Assembly (NCBI GenBank): GCA_039588295.1
Contig: JBDHAB010000006.1
Span: forward strand, 32,001 to 96,000
Source of the DNA: Gemmatimonadota bacterium
GTDB lineage: Bacteria > Gemmatimonadota > Gemmatimonadetes > Gemmatimonadales > GWC2-71-9
Length of the DNA stretch: 64,000 nucleotides
Direction: 5' to 3'
Shown here one piece after another: positions 20,324-28,977 of the stretch (positions are counted from its first letter, which is position 1; each line of letters begins with the position of its first letter). The notes beneath the pieces are model-generated. The model saw only the letters and a program-made list of their open reading frames with translations. It was not told the DNA's origin and searched no databases. The position numbers and the translations under genes are program-made.

Positions 20324-22495
20324 GTGGTCGTCAGTCTTCGTAACCGAGTTGGACAGGCTCTGTCGAGCCATTACGACCTCGAGCGCGAGCTCGGTCGCGG
20401 AGGAGCGGCCGTCGTTTACCTGGCACACGACCGCAAGCATCGGCGAGACGTGGCGATCAAGGTCATGCACCCCGAACTCGGAGCGTCCATCGGCGCAGAG
20501 CGCTTCTTGCGCGAGATCGAAATCGCCGCCCAGCTCAGCCACCCCCACATTCTGCCGCTCTACGACTCCGGGGAGCTCAACGGATTCCTGTACTACGTCA
20601 TGCCGTACGTCGCCGGTGAGTCCCTGCGCCAGCGGCTCCACCGGGAGGGAAGGGTCTCGCTCGACGAATCGCTCCGTATCGCCCTGGATGTCGCGGATGC
20701 GCTGACGTACGCGCACGGACGGGGCGTCGTGCACCGGGACATCAAGCCGGAGAACATCCTGCTGGAATCGGGCCATGCCTTGGTGACCGACTTCGGGGTC
20801 GCGCGAGCGATCTCTGCAGCCGGCAAAGACCGAGTAACGCTGCCGGGGATGGCCGTCGGCACCCCAACCTACATGAGCCCTGAGCAAGCCGGCGGTGATG
20901 AGCCCGTGGATGAGCGGGCAGACATCTATGCGCTCGGATGCGTGCTGTTCGAGATGTTGGCCGGCGAGCCGCCCCACTCGGGACCGAACCCACAGGTCAT
21001 TCTCGCTCGGAAGGCCGCCCATCCCGTCCCCAACTTCGGCCATATTCGAGACGCAATCACGGTCTCGCTGGAGCGCGTGCTCCGCAGAGCGCTTGCCTGG
21101 GAGCCGCGGGACCGATTCTCCACGTCGGCTGAGTTTGCCGAGGCCCTCTCCGCTCACGCGGCGAACTCTCCGCCAAATGGGCACGTGGCCGTGGCAACGG
21201 CCACGTCGGTAGCCCGCTCGATCGCCGTGCTGCCGTTTGCGAACATGAGCCCCGATCCGGAAAACGAGTACTTCAGCGACGGCATTGCCGAGGAGATCAC
21301 CAATGCCTTGGCCAAGATTCAGTCGCTGCACGTGGTGTCGCGGACCTCGGCGTTTGCGTACAAGGGGAAGGACCAAGACGTGCGGAGGATTGGTGACGCG
21401 CTCGGCGTGGGAACGGTGCTCGAGGGGAGCGTGCGGAGGGCGGGTCGGCGGCTCCGGATCACCGCCCAGTTGGTGAGCGTCACCGACGGTTATCACCTGT
21501 GGTCCGAACGGTATGACCGGGAAGCGGAGGATGTGTTTGCGATTCAAGATGAAATCGCCCGGAGCATTGCTGATGTGCTCGAACTCATGCTGACCGATGA
21601 GGAGAAGCGTGCTCTCGAGAAGCCTCCGACCGTGAACGTGGAAGCGTACGAGTGCTACCTTCGCGGTCGGTACTTTCTGCATCTGTTTCAGAAAAACACG
21701 GTTCGGCATGGCAGGGATATGTTTGCGCGAGCGATCGAGATCGATCCCAACTATGCCTTGGCGTTCGCCGGATTGGCCGACTGTTGCTCGTTTCTCTACA
21801 TGTACTTCGACGGCAGCGCGCCCATTCTCGAAGAGGCGGATGCCGCGAGCCGTCGGGCACTCGACCTGGACCCCGGCCTCGCCGAAGCCCACGCGGCTCG
21901 GGGCCTGGCCGTGGCACTGCGCCAGCGCTATGCGGAAGCGGAAGCCGAGTTCGAAGAGGCAATCCGCCTCAACTCGGCGTTGTTCGAAGCCTTCTACTTC
22001 TATGCGCGGACCTGCTTTCAGCAGGGGAAGCTCGAGTCCGCCGTCGAGTTGTTCGAGAAGGCCTGTGAAGTCCATGACGACTATCAGGCCCGACTGCTCG
22101 CCGCCCTGAGCTACGCCGGTCTCGGGCGGGCCGACGATGCGCGAGCAGCCTACCAGCGGGCGCTCCGCGCCACCGAACGACATCTCGAGCTCTCACCCGG
22201 TGACTGCCGTGCGCTGACACTCGGGGCGGGGTGCCTGGCTCGACTTGGCCGTGAGCGCGAAGCGATCGAGTGGTGTGATCGCGCGCTCGGCATCGATCCG
22301 GATGACCCCGTGGTGGTCTACGCGGTTGCATGTGTAGACGCCGTGCTCGGACGGACCGACGTGGCGCTCGACCGACTGGAGCAGGCCATCCACGGTGGAT
22401 TCGGGAACAAGAAGTGGATCCAGAACGACCCGGATTTTGCCACCGTCCGCGAGCACCCCCGCTTCCAGGAACTCGTGGCCGTAAGCCCGGACTAG
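20324..22495 (+). CDS. Ser/Thr protein kinase with TolB_N-like and TPR domains
   Basis: GRGG, VAIK, HRDIKPEN, DFG, GTPTYMSPE, then SIAVLPFANMS..NEYFSDG and TPR repeats. GTG 20324 has a GGAG RBS. Confidence 0.9.
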   Translation: MVVSLRNRVGQALSSHYDLERELGRGGAAVVYLAHDRKHRRDVAIKVMHPELGASIGAERFLREIEIAAQLSHPHILPLYDSGELNGFLYYVMPYVAGESLRQRLHREGRVSLDESLRIALDVADALTYAHGRGVVHRDIKPENILLESGHALVTDFGVARAISAAGKDRVTLPGMAVGTPTYMSPEQAGGDEPVDERADIYALGCVLFEMLAGEPPHSGPNPQVILARKAAHPVPNFGHIRDAITVSLERVLRRALAWEPRDRFSTSAEFAEALSAHAANSPPNGHVAVATATSVARSIAVLPFANMSPDPENEYFSDGIAEEITNALAKIQSLHVVSRTSAFAYKGKDQDVRRIGDALGVGTVLEGSVRRAGRRLRITAQLVSVTDGYHLWSERYDREAEDVFAIQDEIARSIADVLELMLTDEEKRALEKPPTVNVEAYECYLRGRYFLHLFQKNTVRHGRDMFARAIEIDPNYALAFAGLADCCSFLYMYFDGSAPILEEADAASRRALDLDPGLAEAHAARGLAVALRQRYAEAEAEFEEAIRLNSALFEAFYFYARTCFQQGKLESAVELFEKACEVHDDYQARLLAALSYAGLGRADDARAAYQRALRATERHLELSPGDCRALTLGAGCLARLGREREAIEWCDRALGIDPDDPVVVYAVACVDAVLGRTDVALDRLEQAIHGGFGNKKWIQNDPDFATVREHPRFQELVAVSPD

Positions 22496-22587
22496 CCGCC
22501 GAGCCGCGCACCCCCTATCCTACATATCAGACAGTTCTCGTCACTTTTCCCTGTCCGTTCAGGACCCTTATCGTCGGGAGACAATCG

Positions 22588-23061
22588 ATGACACCACATC
22601 GGTGGAAGATGCTCCTCGGAGGGGCGGCTGTCGTAGCCGTCACCTCGGTCGGGTTGGCGGCGACCCAGTCGTCCCAAGCGAGGGCGGAAGCGACGGTCAC
22701 CGTCTACAAGACTCCCACTTGAGGGTGCTGCAACCAGTGGGTCGTGCACCTGCAAGAGAATGGGTTCGACGTGGAGACCGTGGAAGTGGATGGCCTGGCC
22801 CAGGTCAAGGCCGAACACGGCGTGCCACAGGCGCTGGAGGGATGTCACACTGCCGTGGCCGATGGATACGTGATCGAGGGTCATGTGCCGGCCGACGTGG
22901 TTCGGAAGTTGCTCAAGGAGCGACCCGAAATCGCGGGCGTGGCGGTACCGGGCATGCCGATTGGCTCTCCGGGCATGGAGGTGCCGGGCAGGACGCCTGA
23001 GCGGTACGACGTGGTGGCCTTCGCCAAGGATGGCAAGACAACGGTCTACGCACGCCGATAG
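22588..23061 (+). CDS. exported CopG/DUF411-family metal-binding protein with an in-frame TGA at codon 45 (probable selenocysteine)
   Basis: GGGAG RBS, signal peptide, VYKTPT-TGA-GCCNQW, then GCHTA, YVIEGHVPA, VPGMPIGSPGME, all in one frame. The ORF track splits it into 22330..22722 and 22744..23061. Confidence 0.85.
22724..22750 (+). promoter_or_regulatory. candidate SECIS-like hairpin immediately 3' of the in-frame TGA
   Basis: GGTGC (22724-28) pairs with GCACC (22746-50); inner GC.ACC / GGT.GT stem closes an AGTG loop. Confidence 0.5.
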
Positions 23062-23091
23062 ACGTACGGACAATCAAAGGTGGAGGACAAG

Positions 23092-23125
23092 CGGAGCCCC
23101 AACCCGGACCAGCGGGGGGGCTCCG
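23092..23125 (+). terminator. strong hairpin after the DUF411 gene
   Basis: CGGAGCCCC-AA-CCCG / CGGG-GGGGCTCCG, 13 bp paired; no clear U tract. Confidence 0.45.
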
Positions 23126-23143
23126 AAGGTTCATGGGCGGGCG

Positions 23144-23947
23144 TTGAAAGTCGCAGACCCTGTGGTGACGGCGGGTCCGCACCGGTGGCTGTTGCCACGC
23201 GAGCACGGCGCGTATGCGGAACTGTTGTTCCCCGTGGTGACGGGCTGGGCGAGTCGTTCACCCGACGTGGCAACCGTGCTCTTCACGGTGGCTGTGGTTG
23301 CGGGCTTCCTTTCCTATGAGCCGCTGATGGTTCTACGAGGAGTCCGGGGACGCCGGCTGCAGGACGCACTCGGTGAGACGGCCCACACGCAGTTGCTCCT
23401 GTTCCTCTCCGTCGGCACGGTGACCGGCGTGCTGGCAGTTGCCCTGACCGGGACCGCCACCCAAGTGGCAGCGCTCGTTCCGGCGGCCTGTGCGGTTGCC
23501 CTGCTTCCGTGGCTGTACCGCCACCGACTGAAGACCCTGGCGGCGGAGATCCTCGTGGTAGCGGCGTTCTCGGCGACGGTCTTGCCGCTGGCGGTCAGGG
23601 AGGCCGCCGATTGGCGGTTCGCCTGGACGGCCGCTGCCGTGTGGTGCGGCAGCTTCACTCTGGGCACGCTGGCGGTCCATGCGATCAAAGTGCGCCACAA
23701 GCAGACGGTAGGCGTGCGATGGTCGCGCCCGGCGGCACCCGCGCTCGCCCTTGTTGCGGTCGGGATCGGAGTCGTGGGACCCGTGCTGGGAGCGATTCCT
23801 GTGACTACGGGCGTGGCGCTGGTCGTGCCGGCCGTACTCGCGGGCCTGTTCAGCGTCCTGCCTGTACATCCACGGCGCTTAAAGAGAGTGGGGTGGTCGT
23901 TGGTTGTGGCGAACGTCATCACGCTGGTACTGCTGCTCCTCAGGTAG
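23144..23947 (+). CDS. YwiC-like membrane protein (start uncertain)
   Basis: LLPREHGAY N-terminal motif, about 8 hydrophobic helices, C-terminal LKRVGW. Confidence 0.75.
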   Translation: MKVADPVVTAGPHRWLLPREHGAYAELLFPVVTGWASRSPDVATVLFTVAVVAGFLSYEPLMVLRGVRGRRLQDALGETAHTQLLLFLSVGTVTGVLAVALTGTATQVAALVPAACAVALLPWLYRHRLKTLAAEILVVAAFSATVLPLAVREAADWRFAWTAAAVWCGSFTLGTLAVHAIKVRHKQTVGVRWSRPAAPALALVAVGIGVVGPVLGAIPVTTGVALVVPAVLAGLFSVLPVHPRRLKRVGWSLVVANVITLVLLLLR

Positions 23948-24250
23948 GCCGAGTGCGCCGACTGGGGCTTTCCGTATGGCCGAGATCGTACGCCGATGGA
24001 TCTGACCATTCCCGATGCCGCGCTGTCGGAGTTGGCGGCAGCGTTCTTTCAAGCGACGATCACGCTCGGGTTGGTGCTCCTGTGCGCGTGGGCCGTAGCG
24101 ACGCGTGCGTTACGGATGAATCGCGGTTCGGCTGGGGGGGATCGTGGTATCCCGGTCTGCCATTGCGGGACGGGTGCCCATGACCCACCTTTCGCGGTCG
24201 CGGCGCCCGTGTGGGCGCCGACGCAGCGACTGTATTATGGGAGGATGCTC

Positions 24251-24787
24251 ATGCGGTACCTGTTGACTCTCGCGCTCCTGACCGTGCCCGCGGGTCTCGT
24301 GGCCCAAGAGGCTGGTAAACCGATGCCGCCGCACTATCGCGAAGTGCAGGTGCGGATGCTCGAGCTCCAACGGGACATGCTGTTGGCGATGGCGGACTCG
24401 ATGCCGGAGTCCTTGTATCGCGAAGCCGCAACGCCGGCCCAACGAGACTTTGCCCAGCAGCTCCATCACGCCGCATCGACGATCGTGTTCATCGGCGCGC
24501 GGTTCGCAGGTGCCACGCCGCCGGCCCTGCCGGACACGGCGACCGTGCTCAACGGTCGCGAAGGTATGCGCGGGTATATCAACGCCGTCTATGATTTCGG
24601 CGTCCAGGCGCTCAAGGATCAGTCGGATGAGGCTCGCGCGACCGTTGTGTCGTTCTTTGGGGGTCAGCAAATTCCCAACTGGCAGGTCTGGGATGAGATC
24701 CACCAGCACACGATTTGGACGGCCGGGCAGTGCGTCGCCAACTTCCGCAAGCACGGCATGGCACCGCCAGGATTCGGGTTCTTCTAG
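24251..24787 (+). CDS. secreted DinB-family protein
   Basis: GGGAGG RBS before ATG 24251, signal peptide, ADSMPE..Y..TP.QRDFAQQLHH, late HxxW in place of the usual HxxH. Confidence 0.7.
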   Translation: MRYLLTLALLTVPAGLVAQEAGKPMPPHYREVQVRMLELQRDMLLAMADSMPESLYREAATPAQRDFAQQLHHAASTIVFIGARFAGATPPALPDTATVLNGREGMRGYINAVYDFGVQALKDQSDEARATVVSFFGGQQIPNWQVWDEIHQHTIWTAGQCVANFRKHGMAPPGFGFF

Positions 24788-24853
24788 CGCCCGAAGAGCG
24801 CTTCTCGGTTGTTGGAGGGTCGGAACCGACTGTAACGATTTGGAGGGAGTACG

Positions 24854-25102
24854 ATGGGTGATCCTATCTCACTCGATCACTTTGTGACCAAGATGGAAGG
24901 GCTCAACGATGAGATGCGGGGCGGCCAACTCAAGCACGGGGAGTACGACCAACGCTTGGCGCGCATCATCGGTGAGCTGCGGGACCGGAAGATTGATGCA
25001 GACCGATCGGACATCAACACGGCGATCGACGGCCTTCTGGGCCGCGGTGTGATCACGCCGGCTGTGAAGGAACACCTCCTCAGCCGCCTCGGTCTCGAAT
25101 GA
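24854..25102 (+). CDS. small hypothetical protein
   Basis: GGAGGGAG RBS; 82 aa helical protein filling the intergenic gap. Confidence 0.65.
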   Translation: MGDPISLDHFVTKMEGLNDEMRGGQLKHGEYDQRLARIIGELRDRKIDADRSDINTAIDGLLGRGVITPAVKEHLLSRLGLE

Positions 25103-25159
25103 TCCAATGGGCGCCCGGCCGCTTCGGCCGGGTGCCCGTTACCCGCGCTGGTCGACCGC

Positions 25160-25975
25160 CTATCGCACCGTGCGAAACCAGGCCCAACCGGCGAGACCGG
25201 GCCCCAAGATCCAGAATCCCAGAGAGAGCATCGCGACGGCAACCGTCCCGATGATCCCGATTCGCTGTACAATACCGGCGCCGATGGGCCCGAGCAGGCT
25301 AAGGTCCGTGTCGAGCGTCGCAATGACACCCACGCGAAATGCTTCCACCGGATTCACGAAGGTCCATGCCACCAGGGAGGCCTCCGGCAAACCCAGGCGA
25401 ATGAATGCCGTGATGATCCCGAGGGAACCGAACGCCACCAGTACGAGCCACAAGACGATGCCCACGGTCGTTGCACGAGCCCGCGTTCGGGCAATCGTGG
25501 AGAGACACATGCCGACTGCGACGAATGCGAGGGCGAGAAGGGCGACAAAGACGAAGAGGGCCATCACCCAATGGGGAGGGACACCGCGCAGCACCGCTAC
25601 CCCACCGGCGGTACCGAAGCCGATCGTGAGCGACAGAAGCACGGCCACGCTCATGCCGGCCCACTTGCCCGCGTAGATCTCGCCAAAGGTCACCGGCTGA
25701 GCGAGGAAGTACTCGAGGGCTCCGGACTCGCGATCCTCGGTGATGGCGGCGGCGGCTGGAAACAAGGCCATGAGCGGTACGAACAGCAGGGCGATGTGGA
25801 TCATTCCCGCGAAGGCTTTGGCGAAGCTGCGGTAGCCGACGATCGCAGTTGTCCCGGCTCCCAGCGTCACCAGCAGCAGTCCGCCGATGAAGAAGATCAC
25901 GGAGTAAGCAAGGAACCAGCGGGCACGGAGTGACCCCGTGAGTTCCCGCCGCACCCAGAGCAAGAGGCGTGGCAT
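25160..25975 (-). CDS. nosY: ABC transporter permease for Cu-S centre maturation
   Basis: EDRESGALEYFLAQPV, NPVEAFR, about 6 TM helices; last gene of the nos operon. Confidence 0.88.
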   Translation of the reverse strand: MPRLLLWVRRELTGSLRARWFLAYSVIFFIGGLLLVTLGAGTTAIVGYRSFAKAFAGMIHIALLFVPLMALFPAAAAITEDRESGALEYFLAQPVTFGEIYAGKWAGMSVAVLLSLTIGFGTAGGVAVLRGVPPHWVMALFVFVALLALAFVAVGMCLSTIARTRARATTVGIVLWLVLVAFGSLGIITAFIRLGLPEASLVAWTFVNPVEAFRVGVIATLDTDLSLLGPIGAGIVQRIGIIGTVAVAMLSLGFWILGPGLAGWAWFRTVR

Positions 25976-26922
25976 CACGGTTCCGTCAGCCCGTTGGTCA
26001 CCGCGGTACCGTGTGTGCTGCTGTCCTCCCCGAGCACGTGCTCCAGGATCTCGTGCAGGGAAGGGCTGTCTACCCAGAAGTCTTCCACTGGAATCCCAGC
26101 CTCACGGAGCCCCACGAGGATACCTATTCGAGCCGTCTGATCGACTCTGACACCCACGGCCGTTCCGTTTGCGAGGACTGGCGGCAACTGGCGTCGCGAG
26201 TGTAACCACGCCTCGGCGTGTGAACGACGATCCGCCGGCACCTTGATCCAGAGAACCGAAAGAGCGCCTAAGCGTTCGCGCAGGTCGGTCCGATCACCGT
26301 CGAACACGATGCGTCCTTGATGCAGCACCAGCAGGCGATCGGTGACCGCCTCCACGTCTGCCAGACGGTGCGACGCGAGCATGATCGTGGTTTGCGGGTC
26401 GGCGTTCGCGACAACTCGGAGGAACTCGCGCCGGGCTCGTGGGTCGAGGTTCGCCGTCGGCTCGTCCAGGAGTAGCAGCGGGTTTCGCTCTCCAAGCGCG
26501 AGTGCCAGGAGCACCTTCTGGAGCATACCACCCGAGATCGTGTGCAACGCTTTGTGTCCGTGATCGTCCATGGAGAGTCCCAGCGCCGCGAGCTTCTCGT
26601 GCACCATCGCGCTGTCAGCCTGTCGGAGGCGCGTGAGAAACTCGACCACCTCCCCGAGCGTACCGCTGAAGTGGGGTGCTCGTTGGGGCACGTACCCGAT
26701 GAGCGCACGGGCGTCTCGACTGGCGGATCGCACGTTTCGGTCACCAACCCACAACTCGCCGCGGAATGGGACGAGGCCAAGCAGGCAGCGCAGGAGCGTC
26801 GTCTTGCCGGCGCCATTGAGGCCAAGGAGCGCGATCCGCTCGCCCGGTTGCACGGTGAAGTCGAGGTCCTGGAGTACCCAGTGACGGCCGAGCTGCGTCG
26901 CGAGCCCCGTCGCCCGTATCAT
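25975..26922 (-). CDS. nosF: ABC transporter ATPase
   Basis: GLNGAGKTT, ISGGMLQK, LLLDEPT; lies between nosD and nosY. Confidence 0.88.
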   Translation of the reverse strand: MIRATGLATQLGRHWVLQDLDFTVQPGERIALLGLNGAGKTTLLRCLLGLVPFRGELWVGDRNVRSASRDARALIGYVPQRAPHFSGTLGEVVEFLTRLRQADSAMVHEKLAALGLSMDDHGHKALHTISGGMLQKVLLALALGERNPLLLLDEPTANLDPRARREFLRVVANADPQTTIMLASHRLADVEAVTDRLLVLHQGRIVFDGDRTDLRERLGALSVLWIKVPADRRSHAEAWLHSRRQLPPVLANGTAVGVRVDQTARIGILVGLREAGIPVEDFWVDSPSLHEILEHVLGEDSSTHGTAVTNGLTEP

Positions 26923-28262
26923 CGATGACCCGCCGCGGATCGTTTGAGGTACGGGACGATCGCGCTGGCAATCACGGCGGCGGCAAAGAAGCCGGCCGCG
27001 GCGGGCAGCGACGACTTCTGCTCGCTGGGGCCGCCCGACCGGGTCGTGGCCACGAGTCTTGGCAGGGAGTCGACGACCACAGGCTCGGGTGCAAGTAGGG
27101 GAAACACGCGCCCCAGGAGATTAAGGGCGGTGGTGGCTAGAGACAGGTTGTAGAGTCGCAGACCCTGGTGTTTCGCAAACAGGTCGTCGGAGAGCCGCTC
27201 ATACACGAACGGCATGTCGCCATGCCCGTCTCCGTCGGCATCGAACCCCACGTAGTCGCTCCAGTAGTTCTCAAGCCAACGATTGCGGAGTGCGGTGCCG
27301 CCACCTGCCACGGCCACGGGTTGCACGTTGTCAATGAACTGGTTTGCGCGGAAGACGTTTCCGTGCACCGAAGGAAGCATTGCCACCGCGACATCGTTGT
27401 ACGCCACGACGTTGTCTTCGAACTGGTTGCTGGCCCGCTCGGACGACGGGGAGTTGTCCAGCGAGATCCCCACGGCGTTCTTGATCATGAAGTTCCCAAC
27501 CGCTCGGATATCATCGGAGTCCTTGAAGCCGATGCCGCGTCCAGTCGTGCCTTTCGCATGGGCGAACACATTCCCCCGGAAGGTGATGCCCCGCGAGTAC
27601 ATGATGAACGCGCCGACGCGATTGCCGTGAAACGCGTTGTCTTCAAACACATTGTGATCGCTGTACATGTAGTGCAGACCGTAGCGACTGTCCTGCACCT
27701 GGTTGCCCCGGATCAGCGTACTATCCGAAAACCAGATCACCAGGTCGCGGACGCGGTCCAAGCGATTGTCAGTGACCGTGCCGTTGTGGCTGTACCAGAA
27801 GTGGATCCCGTCACCGCGCAGCGGGAGCGCCAGGTTCTTTCCCTCGATGCTGTTTCGGCGGACGATCGCATTGTGGCACTGCTTGAGATAGATCCCGAAC
27901 AGCACATCCTCGAATTGGTTGTCCTCGATGCGCACGGCATCGGCCCCGTCCGCGATGATTCCGGAATCTTCCCGAGATTGATCGCTACCTGACCCACGAA
28001 TCACGAACCCACGGACCGTCGCCGATGCGCGGATCACGATGACGCTGCCTCGCCCATCTCCTTCGATCACGGTCCCGGGCTCGCCCACGAGCACCACGGG
28101 GCGGTCCAGCAGGAGGTGTTCGTGATACGTGCCGGCTGTGACGACGATGGTGTCGCCCGGCGCCGCTGCTTGCAGTGCATCCCGAATGGTGGCGTGGTCG
28201 CCCTGCGGGCCAACCGTGAGTTGTGAGGCCTGAAGTGCCAGGAGAGCAGCGTAGACGATCAC
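26919..28262 (-). CDS. nosD: periplasmic beta-helix Cu-S maturation protein
   Basis: RGDGIHFWYS, SRYGLHYMYS, NYWSDYVGFDADGDGHGD. GTG start at 28262 inferred. Confidence 0.92.
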   Translation of the reverse strand: MIVYAALLALQASQLTVGPQGDHATIRDALQAAAPGDTIVVTAGTYHEHLLLDRPVVLVGEPGTVIEGDGRGSVIVIRASATVRGFVIRGSGSDQSREDSGIIADGADAVRIEDNQFEDVLFGIYLKQCHNAIVRRNSIEGKNLALPLRGDGIHFWYSHNGTVTDNRLDRVRDLVIWFSDSTLIRGNQVQDSRYGLHYMYSDHNVFEDNAFHGNRVGAFIMYSRGITFRGNVFAHAKGTTGRGIGFKDSDDIRAVGNFMIKNAVGISLDNSPSSERASNQFEDNVVAYNDVAVAMLPSVHGNVFRANQFIDNVQPVAVAGGGTALRNRWLENYWSDYVGFDADGDGHGDMPFVYERLSDDLFAKHQGLRLYNLSLATTALNLLGRVFPLLAPEPVVVDSLPRLVATTRSGGPSEQKSSLPAAAGFFAAAVIASAIVPYLKRSAAGHR

Positions 28263-28263
28263 G

Positions 28264-28875
28264 TTACGCCGTCTTCTTGAACCGCCGCCACTCAAGGAAC
28301 ACGACCACCGGGCCGATCAGTCCGGCGATGCCCATGAGGATCGCTCCCAACGCAGGCCAGCTCGAGACGGAGAACTGCCCGACGGCGGTCGGTCCGATGA
28401 AGTGCGGGGTGAACGGGTCGATCTTGAGCGGGGCCGTGGGAGAGAGGTCGTGGCCGTACTCGTACAGCCAGTGTTGCAGAGTGTACAGCATGACCGCACC
28501 GAACAGGACGAAGTCCATCCAGCCGAGTGCGGCGATCGGCATCCGGCCGATCAGCGCCGTGAGGAGCGCGAACGCGAAGAACCGCAGAATGAAGAATGGG
28601 ATGAAGCGAAACTCCGGAAACTCGTCGGCATCGATCTCCTTCATCCCGATGTAGTGATTGAGCAAGTTCACTTCGGAGACATCGCCCTCGACGGTAGTCG
28701 GGTGAATCATGACCGCGAGCCCATCCGGGTACTGCGGGGCGCGCAACGTGATCCGCCATGTCGGGAGGAATGCAGCGGGGAGAATCGCGAGCGTTGCCGC
28801 GACGATCAACACACGGCTCGTATATGACAGTTGAGTTTGAAAGAACGTCGTGATCTTGTCCATGGATTCCATCAT
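28264..28875 (-). CDS. nosB: clade II nos membrane protein
   Basis: WRITLRAPQYPDGL, NLLNHYIGM, YEYGHDL; 4 TM helices; directly after nosZ. GAGGAG RBS before ATG 28875. Confidence 0.8.
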   Translation of the reverse strand: MMESMDKITTFFQTQLSYTSRVLIVAATLAILPAAFLPTWRITLRAPQYPDGLAVMIHPTTVEGDVSEVNLLNHYIGMKEIDADEFPEFRFIPFFILRFFAFALLTALIGRMPIAALGWMDFVLFGAVMLYTLQHWLYEYGHDLSPTAPLKIDPFTPHFIGPTAVGQFSVSSWPALGAILMGIAGLIGPVVVFLEWRRFKKTA

Positions 28876-28911
28876 CGAGATTCTCCTCATTGGAGCGGCG
28901 GGGCCCCAGTG

Positions 28912-28955
28912 CCCCTCCACCCACCGTGCGGGAGGGCGGATCGTGGGTGGAGGGG
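28912..28955 (-). terminator. 13-bp stem-loop between nosZ and nosB (partial terminator or mRNA stabiliser)
   Basis: CCCCTCCACCCAC / GTGGGTGGAGGGG perfect inverted repeat. Confidence 0.55.
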
Positions 28956-28977
28956 TGTGTGTCGAGCTACGAGGTCG

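Noticed and set aside
20306..22183. 625-aa antisense ORF (similarly 52413..53993, 17817..19085, 1565..2797, 58328..59710)
   Set aside because: Shadow frames of well-supported genes on the other strand, expected in high-GC DNA; no motifs.
22744..23061. 105-aa DUF411 ORF as a stand-alone gene
   Set aside because: No RBS, and it lacks the signal peptide and xGCC motif that lie in frame upstream.
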